The notes under the pieces: generated by a model
Seen by the model: only the letters and a program-made list of their open reading frames with translations
Told to the model about the DNA's origin: nothing
Database searches by the model: none
DNA from: the human T2T-CHM13v2.0 reference genome, Homo sapiens
Length of the DNA: 64,000 nucleotides
Assembly (NCBI RefSeq): GCF_009914755.1
Contig: NC_060929.1
Strand: one strand, 5' to 3'
Shown: positions 17,239 through 35,229 of the stretch, one piece after another
Position numbering within the stretch: the stretch's first letter is position 1
How the letters are laid out: each line of letters starts with the position of its first letter
Translations under genes and position numbers: made by a program

Positions 17239-18614
17239 AACACACTGCTTATGTTTCAGTCCCAGCTCCATTACTTACTAGTTATATAACCTTCTCCTTA
17301 TATACCTCTACTACATCCGTAAAAGAGTGAGAACATTAAAGGGTTGTTACCAAGATTACATGGGATAATCCATAGATAGTACATAGAGCAGTCTCTAGCA
17401 CATAGAAAGAACTCAATAAATGTTATCTCTTAGTGTTATTGAAAAATATTAAAAGCATATATTGTATCCCATTAGAAAGCCATTTATAGAATTGATTGAT
17501 CTGGCAGAAACACTAAATAAAATGTCATCATTCTTTTCCAGGCAGTCACAAGAACATCACCGTACAATGAAGGACATTAAATACGTAAGTTAGAACCACT
17601 ACCCAGCTTTATTAAATACATAAATCTGAAAGTGCTCTAAATGAATTTGCATAAAGCTGGCTTGGTCTATGATATTTAAAGAGCATATTTTGTTTCTATG
17701 CCAGAAAACTTTTCTATATTGCAGGTATACACTGAGTTCCAATTCATTTATTTGAATAGCTTCCTCTGAATTTCAAAACAGGCATTTTAGTTTAAAAAAT
17801 TTTATTTCAATGAAATATATGTCAGTACTAGTATTAATAGCAACAATAACAATGATTTTAAATATTTGTTCAAGGAAGAACACTGCTATAGTTTAAATAA
17901 ATTCAGAGGATTTAATCAATGCCTTCACAGACAACTGTACACATATTCAAACTTAAATACATTGCAACACAATTACTTCTCGCCTTTGAGAACTGAGACT
18001 TAAAAGAATATTATTTATCAAAAATGTGGTGATTTAATAATAATGCTATATCAGAGAAGCCAATGTGTAGGAAAAGTAGAGTTAGGACCACAAATGAAGA
18101 TAAAATTTCATAATAACTTCCCAATGAAAACTGTAGGAAATTTATTTCAACATTGTTGAAAAATAAAGACATAGAAGGAATGGAGTACATTAGAAAAGAA
18201 AGACTAATGTTTACCCAGTCATTGATTAAAACCAGAGCCAGGTGTTTCAATCAAGAAGAAGATGAGAGCTAGAAAGTGTTTTTGGTTGGTGGCTATCTTT
18301 AAGAGTCAGCAAGAAAAAGTCAATAAATAATTTGCCTATCCTTTTATCTTTTATTTTTCCAACATAGGTGATCAAAAAAACAACTGTGGTATAAATTCTA
18401 TTATATTTACTTTTCTAAATTAAAACTAGATTTAACATAGGCAATACAGACCTGCCCTGTAAAATCATGACAGATTAAGAATCAAGGAAAAGGGAGGGAT
18501 CTGGGTGAGTGGATTATTCTTTCTTCTCTCCCGTTTCTCTTTCCTTACAGATTGGTGTTCCTGGCTGCTCCTTTGTCTGCTGTGGTACTAGGTTTTTTAA
18601 AAAATGCATAACAC

Positions 18615-19078
<464 letters not shown>

Positions 19079-19497
19079 TTACCTGTACTCAATTATATCA
19101 AATAAGCATTCACAAAATGAAATTAAACCTGTGCTTTTAGTGAAAAAAAAATCAATAGTGAAACATGTGGTTCTTTATATCTATAGAGGTGATAACACCA
19201 ACAAGATCAAATCATTAGGATTAGAGGTACAAGAGGAATAAAATTTGAACAGAATTATACCAACGTCATGTCTTGTTATTTGGGTTTACATTTTTCTTAA
19301 TCAAATACTGAAAAACAAAAATTTACTGAAAATGCCTAAGCTAACTGTTTTCCATTTATAAATTAGCTGTCTCTCACCTCCAGAGGAGCAAGGAATTCCA
19401 CTTCTGTATGACCTATTTATGCCTCTTAGATTTATCACATGCATTTTTTAATGACCCTGAACCAAAGGAAATGTAGAAACCTATTTGAAAAGTTGAC

Positions 19498-19680
19498 ATT
19501 AAGGTTGTGACACCAACCAAAACAACAAGAATTTAAAGTTAAACTGACACACAATCCCCAAATCAGTCTGTTATACTCCTAATTTAAAAAACAGTTCTAA
19601 TGTGAAATCGTGATAGCATGTCAGCCTTTGCTTTGAAACTCCTGAATTTTGTCATTTGGTGTTTGTGTCACAACCTTAAT
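19498..19680. repeat. MITE-like element bounded by a 16-bp perfect inverted repeat
   Basis: attaaggttgtgacac (19498-19513) and gtgtcacaaccttaat (19665-19680), with degenerate subterminal symmetry. Confidence 0.7.
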
Positions 19681-20453
19681 ATTATTTAAATATACTTTTT
19701 AATATCTATTATTTAAAAAATATCTTTGAATTGAAGATACTCTAAAGCTTTGAAGAAGCCAACCTCAAAGCACTGCATTCCCAGCATGCCACTTTTATTA
19801 GAAGTAGTGCATAAAACATTTGCTGTTGACAAATCTAATTCATTAAAAGGTGAGGTGGATGCATTTTAAAATAACTGGCTGGCATCATTATCTGCAGTGC
19901 CTTTTATAAATTATTCGTCTTTTCCCTTTTGACTGAACTTGTCACAGTTCCCTTTCAGAGTCTGAGTGTTATGCCTTATAGTCAATGCTTTCAACTTGTT
20001 TAGACAAGTCACAAGTTAAACAAGCAGTGGTATTTTATTTTCTGGAAATAAGAAAGGGTAACAGAAATATGAATTATTTCATTCAATTCATTGATTTTGA
20101 ACTAAAGACAAGTAAAGTCAGTTAGTGGTGGTTTTATCTCACAAGAATTTAAAAATAAAAGTATACTGTTTGCATAGAATGGGGAATTTCAAAGAAAGGA
20201 ACATAAAGAGAGATGCCGGTGGCCCTGCTGCAGTGTTGTGTAGAAGACTTGGTTAAAAATCAAATTGTGCTTTCCCTAACATTGGAGATCAGGTAAATCA
20301 TAAAGCCGACAGCTGGCTGGCACACTAACTTCCTAAAGGAGAAAGCTAACTGTATTCTCTTAGAGGCCAAAGGAATAGAATTATAGAAGCTTTCAAGGAA
20401 ACTGAGTAGGCATAGTATAAATTACTCAAAATATGAAGAAAAACATTTCTTAC

Positions 20454-20604
20454 CTAATTTTATTTCAGAAGACACTAAGAATGAACTGGTCTTCGAATCC
20501 TAAGGAGGTAGAAAATTATTTCCTGAAGAGTTGTCAGCAGAAGAACTGTCTCTTTTCTAGTAACTTCAGCAACGTTTTTTTTTCCCAAAGTATGTAAAAT
20601 GTAC
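20454..20604 (-). other. KIAA0825: KIAA0825 5'UTR exon 2 (151 nt, non-coding)
   Basis: On the minus strand, acceptor tttttcag|GTAC and donor TTAG|gtaaga enclose 151 nt of unique sequence. Size and distance from exon 1 match my recollection of the gene model. Confidence 0.72.
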
Positions 20605-22094
20605 CTGAAAAATGATTGCATAAAGCTTTATCACTGCCACAATGGGATGGAGGGCATATTCACATTAGTTGCCCAGATTGCTAGTGACAGTACTACCATT
20701 AAATCATAACATATGGACTTGAGTCAGGAAGAAGAGATGTTGGAAATACACAAAAACATCCTGAAGATTACATACATAAGAAAAGCTTATTAATAAGATA
20801 GTCCATAGACTGCAGCAACACAGGTAATAGGGGCACCTTGGAAAATGCATATTTAAAACATTCCTTATATTTTCACTAAAAATTGATCACTCCTAAAGAA
20901 ATTTATCACAAAGAGAGTAACGTGTGGTTGCACCATATAAAACAAGCAATGTTATTCAATCCAAATACTTTTTTTCTTGTTTAGTTACTATTTGCTCCAA
21001 ATTATTTATTAAAACCGTCTTTTCCCCATTCTTCTGGGTGATCCTGTTAAAAACAGATTGCTGGGGGAGGCGCTTCCAAGATGGCCAAATAGGAACAGCT
21101 CCGGTCTACAGCTCCCAGCGAGATCGACGCATAAGACGGGTGATTTCTGCATTTCCAACTGAAGTACCTGGTTCATCTCACTGGGACTGGTTGGACAGTG
21201 GGTGCAGCCCATGGAGGGTGAGCCAAAGCAGGCCGGGAAGTGCAAAGGGTCGTGGGATTTCCCTTTCCTAGCCAAGGGAAGCCGTGAGTGTCTGTACCTG
21301 AAGCAATAGTACATTCCTGTCCAAATACTGCACTCTTCCCATGGTCTTTGCAACTGGCAGACCAGAAGATTCCCTCTTGTGTCTGGCTTGGTGGGCCCCA
21401 CACCCATGAAGCCTTGCTTGCTGCTAGTGCAGCAGTCTGAGATCGACCTGGGATGCTGGAGCTTGGCAGTGGGAAGGGTGTCAGCCATTGTTCAGGCTTG
21501 AGTAGACGGTTCTATGCTCACAGTGCAAACAAAGTGGCCCAGAAGCTCGAACTGGGTAGAGCCCACCACAGCTCAGCAAGGCCTACTGCCTCTCTAGATT
21601 CCACCTCTGGGGGCAGGGCATATATGAACAAAAGACAGCAGACAGCTTCTGCAAACTTAAACGTCCCTGCCTGACAGCTCTGAAGAGAACAGTGGTTCTC
21701 CCAGCATGGTGTTCGAGCTCCAATAATGGACAGACTGCCTCCTCAAGTGGGTCCCTGACCCCTGTGTAGCCTGACTGGAAGACATCTCCCAGTCAGGGCT
21801 GACAGACACCTCATATAGGCAGGTGCCCCTCTGGGACGAAGCTTCCAGAGGAAGGATCAGGCAGCAATGTTTCCTGTTCTGCAGCTTCCACTGGTGATAC
21901 ACAGGCGAACAGGATCTGGAGTGGACCTCCAGCAAACTCCAACAGACCTGCAGCTGAGCAGCTGAGGGGCCTGTTAGAAGGAAAACTAACAAACAGAAAG
22001 GAATACCATCAACATCAACAAAAAGGACATCCACACCAAAACCTCATCCGTAGGTCACCAACATCAAAGACCAAAGGTTGATAAAACCACAAAG

Positions 22095-23120
22095 ATGGGG
22101 AGAAACTAGAGCAGAAAGACTGAAAATTCCAAAAGCCAGAATGCCTCTTCTCCTCCAAAGGAACACAACTCTTCACCAGCAAAGGAACAAAACTGGATGG
22201 AGAATGAGTTTGAGGAGTTGACAGAAGTAGGCTTCAGAAGGTTGGTAATAACAAACTTCTCCGAGCTAAAGGAGCATGTTCTAACCCATCGCAAGGAAGC
22301 TAAAAACCTTGAAAAAAGGTTAGACGAATGGCTAACTACAATAACCAGTGTAGAGAAGAGCTTAAATGACCTGATGGTCTTGAAAACCACAGTACGAGAA
22401 CTTCGTGAAGCATACACAAGCTTCAATAGCCGATTTGATTAAGTGGAAGAAAGAATATCAGTGATTGAAGACCAAATTAATGAAATAAAGCGAGAAGACA
22501 AGATTAGAGAAAAAAGAGTGAAAATAACTGAACAAAGCCTCCAAGAAATATGGGATTATGTGAAAAGACCAAATCTACATTTGATTGGTGTACCTGAAAG
22601 TGATGGGGAGAATGGAACCAAGTTAGAAAACACTCTTCAGGATATTATTCAGGAGAAATTCCCCAAGCTAGCAAGACAGGCCAACATTCAAATTCAAGAA
22701 ATACAGAGAACACCACATAGATACTCCTCGAGAAGAGCAACCCCAAGACACACAATCGTCAGATTCACTAAGGTTGAAATGAAGGAAAAAATGTTAAGGA
22801 CAGCCAGAGAGAAAGGTCATGTTACCCACAAAGGGAAGCCCATGAGACTAACAGCAGATCTCTCTGCAGAAACCCTACATGCCAGAAGAGAGTGGGGGCC
22901 AAAATTCAACATGCTTAAAGAAAATAATTTTCAACCCAGAATTTCATATTGAGCCAAACTAAGCTTCATAAGGGCAGGGGAAATAAAATCCTTTACAGAC
23001 AAACAAATGCTGAGAGATTTTGTCACCACCAGGCCTGACTTACAAGAGCTCCTGAAGGAAGCACTAAACATGGAAAGGAACAACTAGTACCAGCCACTGC
23101 AAAAACATGCCAAATTATAA
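22095..23120 (+). pseudogene. L1 ORF1p, disrupted
   Basis: ATG GGG AGA AAC TAG gives a stop at codon 5, and further stops follow. Fragments read MENEFEELTEVGFRR and SLQEIWDYVKRPNL. Confidence 0.92.
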
Positions 23121-23183
23121 AGACTATCAATGCTATGAAGAAACTGCATCAATTTATGGGTGAAATAACCAGCTAGCATCATA

Positions 23184-26986
<3,803 letters not shown>

Positions 26987-28009
26987 ACAATGAGAACACA
27001 CGGACACAGGGAGGGGAACATCACACACTGGGGCCTGTTGGCGGGTGGAGGGCTGGGGGAGGGATAGAGTTAGGAGAAATACCTAATGTAAAAGTGCCGC
27101 AAACCAACACGGCACAGGTATACCTATGCAACAAACCTGCACATTGTGCACATGTACCCTAGAACTTAGAGTATAACTAAAACAAAGAAACAACAACAAC
27201 AAAAAAAACAGATTCCTGGGAATCTTGTTAAACATGGGTTCTGATTAAGTTGATTTGGGGTTGGGGCCTGAAATTTTGCATTTCTAACAAGGTCCCAGGT
27301 AAAGCCACTAATGGTGTGGGTCCATGGACTACCCATTCACTAATAAGCTTCCACTAATCTATTTGTCTTTTCCTGCAGCAAAGTCTACTATTGTTATTCT
27401 TGGCTATTGACATTGCCTTTCCATATAATTTTAAAATCTTTTTTCAAGTGTTTGACCCTCCTCACCAAAACAAAGAGAGTTAGGAATTTGACAGAGAATG
27501 CTTTGAATCTCTATCAAAGTTGGGCAAATGTATAGCATTGAGTTTTCCAAATCATGTGTATTGTATATAATTTCACTTATTGAGGTCTTAATATTACAAA
27601 ATAACGCTCTATTACTTTCCCCATGGGAGTTTTGTACATCTCGTTGTATTTATTTCTAGGCACTCCATATTTTGATTATATCTCCTTGCAAAAACTTTTC
27701 CCTTTTTTGTATATATGTATTATGTGTATAATTTTGGTAGGTTGATGTGTTCATCCAGGATATTTGATAAACTCTTATTTTTTCCAGTAGTTTTACATCA
27801 TGCACAAATAATGAGCTTTATTTCTTTATTTCCAAAATCTGTACTTTATCCTGTCTCACTTTAAAAAAAAAAAAAGCAAAAAAGGTCAAACAGCAAATGC
27901 ATGAAATAATAGAAATAGATGGCTATTTTGTTATCTATGATCAGCCAACATGATCTCTCGGTTAGGTTAGATTTTCTAGGAAATGGATATGAGGTAGACT
28001 CCAATGGTT

Positions 28010-28316
28010 TCTTTTTTTCTTTGTTTTTGAGACAGAGTCTCACTCTGTCACCCAGGCTGGAGTGGAGTGGCGCAATCTTGGCTCACTGCAACCTCTGCTT
28101 CCCAGGTTCAAGCGATTCTCCTGCCTCAGCATCCCCATTAGAGTAGCTGGGACTACAGGCATGCGCCACCACACCTGGCTAATTTTTGCATTTTTAGTAG
28201 AGATGGGGTTTCGCAATGTTGGCCAGGCTGGTCTCGAACTCCCAACCTCAAGTGATCTGTCCGCGTCAGCCTTCCAAAGTGCTGGGATTACAGGCATGAG
28301 ACACAGCACTCAGCCT
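28010..28316 (-). mobile_element. AluS within old L1M sequence
   Basis: Reverse Alu with ctccaatggtttctt on both sides (TSD). Confidence 0.9.
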
Positions 28317-29719
28317 CCAATGGTTTCTTATACCATTTATTTGTCCTCATATTGCCTGTCTTTCTATGGTGTCTGGTATACAAGTCCTTAAATATTACTA
28401 ACATTCATTATCCCAAGCCAAATTCCAGTTGATATTTAATCAGAAATGGACACGAACTCTCAAGGACAACAGCCACACTGAGAAGTAGTTGAAAAGCAAA
28501 AGGAAACAGTGGCATTATCACGAGGAAAATGGTTCCATTCAATCTAAGAACTAAGGTGAGGATGCCAATGTGAGGAAGCCATTACTGAGATACTGCAAAT
28601 CACCTATACCCCATAGCTGAAATCACAAGGTTTCTTGTAAAATCAATACATAACTGAAATTGCTTTCTTGATGACAATGTCAGCCGGCTTTAAAGCAAAC
28701 TGTGCTTCTTCATAGCTTTCAATTATTTGACAAAGGAAACAATTAGACTTACTATTCCACACATTGTCAATGTTGGTAACATTGGTTATCTAAGGAAAGG
28801 CAAATGTGTGTGATGCTGGGATAAAGGAATGCATAAAGAGAAAAAAGTAGTAACTAAAATAATAATAACCATAATAATAAAAACAGTTTCTTTAAAAACA
28901 TTTCCATAATCTACTGCAAACAGCAATTATGAAAAAGGAGAGCAATGTAGAAAATGTTTAAAAGGAGAGGAAAACAGGACTAAAAAGCAAGTACACATTA
29001 CGTTAAAACTGTTTAAAATTATGTGAACAAAATTTCTGGTTAGGAAGCTCAAGCAGCATACATTTTCCTTCTGTCCCTCCAGATATACCTTAAAAAGGTA
29101 AAGAAGTTATATTATGGAGAAGAGAAATATAAACCCACAAAAATGAAGAGTCATCATCACAAATTTATAAAACACAGACAGATGAAAGAGAATTCACAGA
29201 AGAAACAGAATAGAAAAAGCCAAACTCTAAAATGTATGCAAAGAGGACTGTAATTAAAAGAATGACCTGATATCCATGGCAGAGAGTGGAGTAAAAAGTG
29301 AAGCTAAAAAACACAATCAATTGAAGGTTTGCTCAAGAAACAATGAATCTCCCTTCCTTACCTTTTAGTGCAAGCCACTACTTTGTATTTTCTTTGTCTT
29401 TAATTAAAGATCTGACTGTGGGTAAAGGGAAATAAATGCAAGAAATGATATGCTTCAAGACATGAATTAAATGTCTACAAAACTATGAAAGCATGGGCAT
29501 GGGTACCCCCCAAAAAAGCCTGCCTCATTCTGGTCTTTAGCTGACTTTAGCATACTGATCATTACCAACCTATTCATTTAAAGCAAAGTATACCAGTAAA
29601 ATCAGTGTTATCCAAATAAATTCTATGTAGTTTTAGATTTTCTTTTTTCTAATATGAATGCATAGCGAAGGACTACTTGACTGACATTCAAAGAAAAAAT
29701 GGTTTTTCACATTAGAGAC

Positions 29720-32700
29720 TGTATTAGTGCATTTTCACACTGCTATAAAGAAATACCCGAGACTGGGTAATTTATAAAGAAAAATAGGTTTAATGGACTC
29801 ACAGTTCCACACGGCTGGGGAGGCCTCACAACCATGGCGGAAGGTGGAGAAGCAAAGGCATATATTACATGATGGTAGGCAAGAGAGCTTGTGCAAAGGA
29901 ACTCCCATTTATAAAACCATCAGATCTCATGAGACTTATTTAGTATCATGAGAACAGCATGGGAAAGACCCACCCCCTTGATTCCATTACCTCCTACTGG
30001 GTCCCTCCCATGACATGTGGAAATTATGGCAGCTATAATTCAAGATGAGATTTGGGTGGGGACACAGCCAAGACATATCATTCTGCCCCTGGCCCCTGCC
30101 AAATCTCATGTCCTCACATTTCAAAACCAATCAGGCCTCTCAACAGTTTCCCAAAGTCTTAACTCATTTCAGCATTAACTCAAAAATACACAGTCCAAAG
30201 TTTCACCTGAGATGAGGCAAATCTCTTCCACCTATGAGCGTATAAAATCAAAAGCAAGTTTGTTACTTCCTAGATACAGCAAGGGTACAGGTATTGGGTA
30301 AATACACCCATTCCAAATGGGAGAAATTGGCCAAAACAAAGGAGCTACAAGCCCCATGCAAGTCCAAAATCTGGCAGGGCAGTCAAATCTTAAAGCTTCA
30401 AAATAGGTGACTTCTGCAGTGCATGCTGCTCTCGCTGGGCATTTTTTCCTGGTCTGGGGGCAAGCTCTATCATGGGAAAGGTGATGTCTCTCGAGGAAAG
30501 GCTATGACTCCTGGGATATGAGGGTTGGGTGAGACAACCAAGACAGTTGCATTCCATGTTGGGACCAGGAATAACCCTGACTTCTGATCTCTCATAACCC
30601 CAGGAGCCTCCAGAAAAGTTGCAGTGTGATGATGGAAAACCTTGCTGAAGCTGTACATTGGAATGGGTTTACAGTTATCGTAATGGAAGCAAAATACACG
30701 AAGGAAAAACAGTTCCTTTTATCCCTGTTTGTTGCACCTGACAACTAGTTACAGACGGTTTTGTTTACCTAAGAAAATTTGTGATGTAAATCAAAAAACA
30801 TCTGTTTGCCTAGACTCATTGGTTACAAATATGCTTCGGCTAAGAGCTATTTGTCCATTCTCCTGGACTGTGTTTCAATTTCGACTCATCAGTTGTGAAC
30901 CACTCATTATTCAGATGAATAAGTGTATAGATGAGGAGCAAATATTTGATTTTATTGAAAGAAACAAAATCATACTTTCAGAAAAACAAGTGGGATGTAC
31001 ATTTAATATACTTTGGAAGCTTCAAAAGCAGAAGATCAGTCTATTAAAAAATGTTGAGTATGTCAGAGACCATTCTCAATTTCTTACTCTTCATAATTTA
31101 GCTACAAATAAATTCAAATTAATGAATGGCAATACCCTGGTGAATGTGTTATACATCACACAACAGTTTGCTGGTGAGGCCCACGATCCGCTAGTTGAAG
31201 CACTAGTTACAGAAGCATGGGGTAGGCTAGAAAGGTTTGATATTAAACTGCTGTCAGAATTTTCCTCTTGCTTAGCAGATCAGCATTTGTATTTTAGTCC
31301 ATTAATGGGAAAAATAGCTGATATTGTCCATAGGAACTTGGAAACCATCCAGAACTTAAGTTCCTTGTCTGTCTTGATGGTCAACATATCTTCTTTAATA
31401 TCACGACATTTTCAAGAACAACTGGTGAACAAAACGGAACTTGTTTTTGACACCACAGATTCTTCTGAGGTCAACGTTGCAAAAAGAATGGTACAGTTTC
31501 TTCGAAACTTTAGATATCATTATCAACCACTATTAGAAAGCTTTGTAAAGTTTTTTGTAGCATTGGGACCCATTGCAGGACCTGAAGAAAAGAAACAACT
31601 TAAATCAACTATGTTATTGATGTCAGAGGAGCTAACCAACGAGTAAGCCCTGGTAGTGTTGGGAACAATGGAAGATATAGAAAGCAGAAATTCATGTCTG
31701 ATTAAAAGAGTTGCTTCAGTTCTGCACAAACATTTGGATAACTATAAACAATTAGAGTTGTTGAAGATAACTCAAGCATTGACTTTTCTGCATTTCCAAA
31801 GTAGGGAGTTTTTTTGTGAAACTTGGAGAATTATTGCTTAGTTATTTGAAAATTAGTTTCATACCAACTGAGATGTCCATTCTGGCCTCTGCTATTTCCC
31901 TGCTCCCTTCTCCTCATTTGGACGAAGTGGGAATATCCAGAATTGAAGCAGTTTTACCACAGTGTGACCCAAATAAATCCATCCATTTAGAATCCTTGCT
32001 ATTACTCTTCCATTCAGAATTTTTAACTATGATCCACCTCAAAGGGATGAAGTTTTTGGAACTTGCGTGCAACATCTTAATTTCTACTTAGGTATATTGG
32101 ATCCTCTTATGTTAGTGTTTCTTGGTTTCTCTTTGGCCACACTTGAATATTTTCCTGAATATCTGCTAAAGGTAATTTTAATATCAAATTCTTAGCTAGA
32201 CTGGATTCTCAACTTGAAATTTTATCTTCATCTCTAAGTGCAAGAGTCCAGTTTTGTCTTATGGAACTAAATAGATCAGTCTGCTTGGAATGCCCTGAGT
32301 TTCAGATCCCATGGTTTCTCGACTGCTTCTGTCAGCAATATAATAAAGGTATTGCTGGCATGAATGTAGCACAACAGCAGATTTATAAAATGTTAGCAGA
32401 GGTACTAGGAGGAATCAATTGTGTAAAAGCCTCAGTTCTTACTCCTTATTACCATACAGTAGATTTTGAGTGTATCTTGGAAGAAAGAAAAAAATCTCTT
32501 CTTTATGGAAGCCATAATATAACATTGGGACAACTACCAGAAATGCCCTGGGAATCAAATACTGAAATAGTTGGATCAAGGCTGCCACCAGGAGCTGAAA
32601 GGATTGCTTTGGAATTTTTGGATTCAAAAGCATTTTGTAGAAATATCCTTCACATAAAAGGAAAATCTTCTATGAAAAAATGACATTTGGAATTTTTGGG

Positions 32701-34020
32701 CTATCATATAATTCAGATTCCTTGGTTTGAATGGAACTCTATGGCACTGTCAACAAAGGATGCTTGGATGGACTACCTGAGAGAACATGCATTTAGAGAA
32801 GTCAAATCATGATTGTAGTTTTTATTTAAAATGAGTGTTATCATGTGTCACATTTGGACTTATTTTAATTAAGTGGCCTGACTCAAATAAAAAATAGTAG
32901 ATAAAAAAAAAAAAAAAGCTCCAAAATAATCTTCTTTGACTCCATGTCTCACATCCAAGGCATGCTGATGTAAGAGGTGGGCTCCCACAGCCTTGGGCAG
33001 CTCCACTTCTGTGGCTTTTCAGGGTATAGTCCCCCTCCTGGCTGCTTTCAGAGGCTGGCGTTGAGTGTCTGTTGCTTTTCCAGATGCAAGGTGCGAGCTG
33101 TTGGCAGATCTACCATTCTGGGGTCTGAAGGATGGTGGCTCTCTTCTCACAGTTCCACTAGGTAGTCCCCCAGTGGGGACTCTGTGTGGGGGCTGCCACT
33201 CCACATTTCCCTTCTGCACTGCCCTGGCAGAGGTTCTCCATGAGGGCTACACCCCTGCAGCACACCTCTGTCTGGACACCCATACATTTCCATACATCTC
33301 TGAACTCTAAGCAGAGGTTCTCAAAGCTCAATTCTTTACTTTTGTGCACCCACAGGCTGATAACCATGTGTCAGCTGCAAAGGCTTGGGGAATTGCACCC
33401 TCTGAAGCAACGGCCTGAGCTGTACGTTGCTCCCTTTTAGCCACAGCTGGCATACAGGGCACCAAGTCCCTAGACTGCACACAGCAGCAAAGCCATGGGC
33501 CAAGCCCACGAAACCATTTTTTCCTCCTAGGCTTCCCCACTTGTGATGGGAGGGGCTGCTGTGAAGATCTTTGACATACCCTGGAGACATTTCCCCATTA
33601 TCTTGTCGATTAACATTTGGCTCCTCGTTACTTACGCAAATTTCGGCAGCTGCTTGAACTTCTCCTCAGAAAATGCATTTTTCTTTGCTATTGCATCAGC
33701 AGGCTACAAAGTTTCCAAACTGTTATGCTCTGCTTCCCTTTTAAAAATAAGTTCCAATTCCAAACCATCTTTCTGTGACTATATAAAACTGAATGCTTTT
33801 AAGGGCATCCAGGTCACATCCTGAATGCTTTGCTGCCTAGAAATTTCTTCCACTAGATGGTCTAAATCATCTCTCTCAAGTTCAAAGTTCAACAAATCTC
33901 CAGGGCAGGGGCAAAATGCCACCAATCTCTTTGCTAAAGTATAACAAGAGTTATCATTGCTCTAGTTCCCAACAAGTTCCTCATCTCCATCTGAGAACAC
34001 CTCAGCCTGGACTTTATTGC
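29720..34020 (-). mobile_element. THE1 (MaLR) element: LTR at 29720-30080 plus internal region, split by the FASTKD1 retrocopy; second LTR missing
   Basis: tgtattagt...gacacagccaagacatatca is a reverse THE1 LTR; MaLR internal sequence at 30081-30405 and 32915-34020. Confidence 0.9.
30406..32914 (+). pseudogene. FASTKD1: FASTKD1 processed pseudogene (retrocopy)
   Basis: Intronless. Translates to FASTKD1 (MLRLRAICPFSW..., MELNRSVCLECPEFQIPWF..., RAP-region ERIALEFLDSKA) and includes 5'UTR. AATAAA at 32886, polyA at 32903-32917, TSD aaagct(t/c)caaaata at 30392-30405 / 32915-32928. First ATG lost; stops and frameshifts after 31646. Confidence 0.95.
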
Positions 34021-35229
34021 CAGATGTATAGTTTGCAAATATTTTCTCCCACTCTGCAGGCTGTCTTTTTACTCTGTTGATGGTTTCTTTTGCTGTGCAG
34101 AAGCTCTTAAGTTTAATTAGGTACTATTTGTCAATTTTTGCAATTGCTTTTGGCATCTTTGTCATGACATCTTTGCTACTTCCTATGACCAGAACTGTAT
34201 TTTCTAGGTTTTCTCCCAGGGATTTTATAGTTTTGGGTTTTACATTTAAGTCTTTAATCCATTTTAGTCGATTTTTGTACATCATATAAGTAAGGGGTCC
34301 ATCTTCAAACTTCTGCATATGGCTAGCCAGTTATCCCAGCACAATTTATTGAATAGGGGTCATTTCCCCATTGCTTGTTCTTGTCAACTTTGACAAAGAT
34401 CAGATGGTTGTAGGTGTGTGGCCTTATTTCTGGGCTCTCTATCCTTCTCCATTGGTCTATGTGTCTGTTTTTATAGTGTAACATGATGTTTTGGTTACTG
34501 TAGCCCTGTAGTAGTTTAAAACTGACTAACTTGATGCCTCTGGCTTTGCTCTTTCTGCTAAGGATTGCCTTGGCTATTTGGGCTCCTTTTGTTCCATAGG
34601 AATTTTAAAATAGTTTTTTTCTAGTCTCTGAAGAATGTCATTGGTAGTTTGATAGGAATAGCATTAAATCTGTAAATTGCTTTGGGCAGTATGACTATTT
34701 TAATGATATTGAGTCTATCAATCCATGAGCGTGGAATGTTTTTCCATTTATTTGTGTCATCTCTGATTTATTTCATCAGTGTTTTGTAATTGTCATTGTA
34801 GAGATCTTTCACCTCCCTGGTTAGTTGTCTTCCTAGGTATTTTATTATTTTTGTGGCAATTGTGAATGGGACTGTGTTCCTGATTTGGCACCATGCTTGG
34901 TTGTTGTTGGTATATAGGAATGCTAGTAATTTTTATATGTTGATTTTGTATCCTGAAACTTTGCTGAAGTTATTTTATCATCTAAAGGAGTGTTTAGGCT
35001 GAGACTATGTCGTTTTCTACATATAAAATCATGTCATCTGCAAACAGGGATAGTAAGACTTCCTCTCTTCCTATTTGGATGCTGTTTCTTTCTTTCTCTT
35101 GCCTTATTGCTCTGTCCAGGGCTTCCAATACTATGTTGAACAAGAGTGGTTAGAGATGGCATCCTTTTCTTGTGCCAGTTTTTAAGGGGAATGCTCCCAG
35201 CTTTTGGCCATTCAGTATGATGTTGGCTG
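34021..35229 (-). mobile_element. L1 (old L1PA/L1PB) ORF2 fragment
   Basis: Reverse L1 ORF2 sequence (WIKDLNVKPKTIK; gtcatctgcaaaca is the antisense of FADD). Confidence 0.88.
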
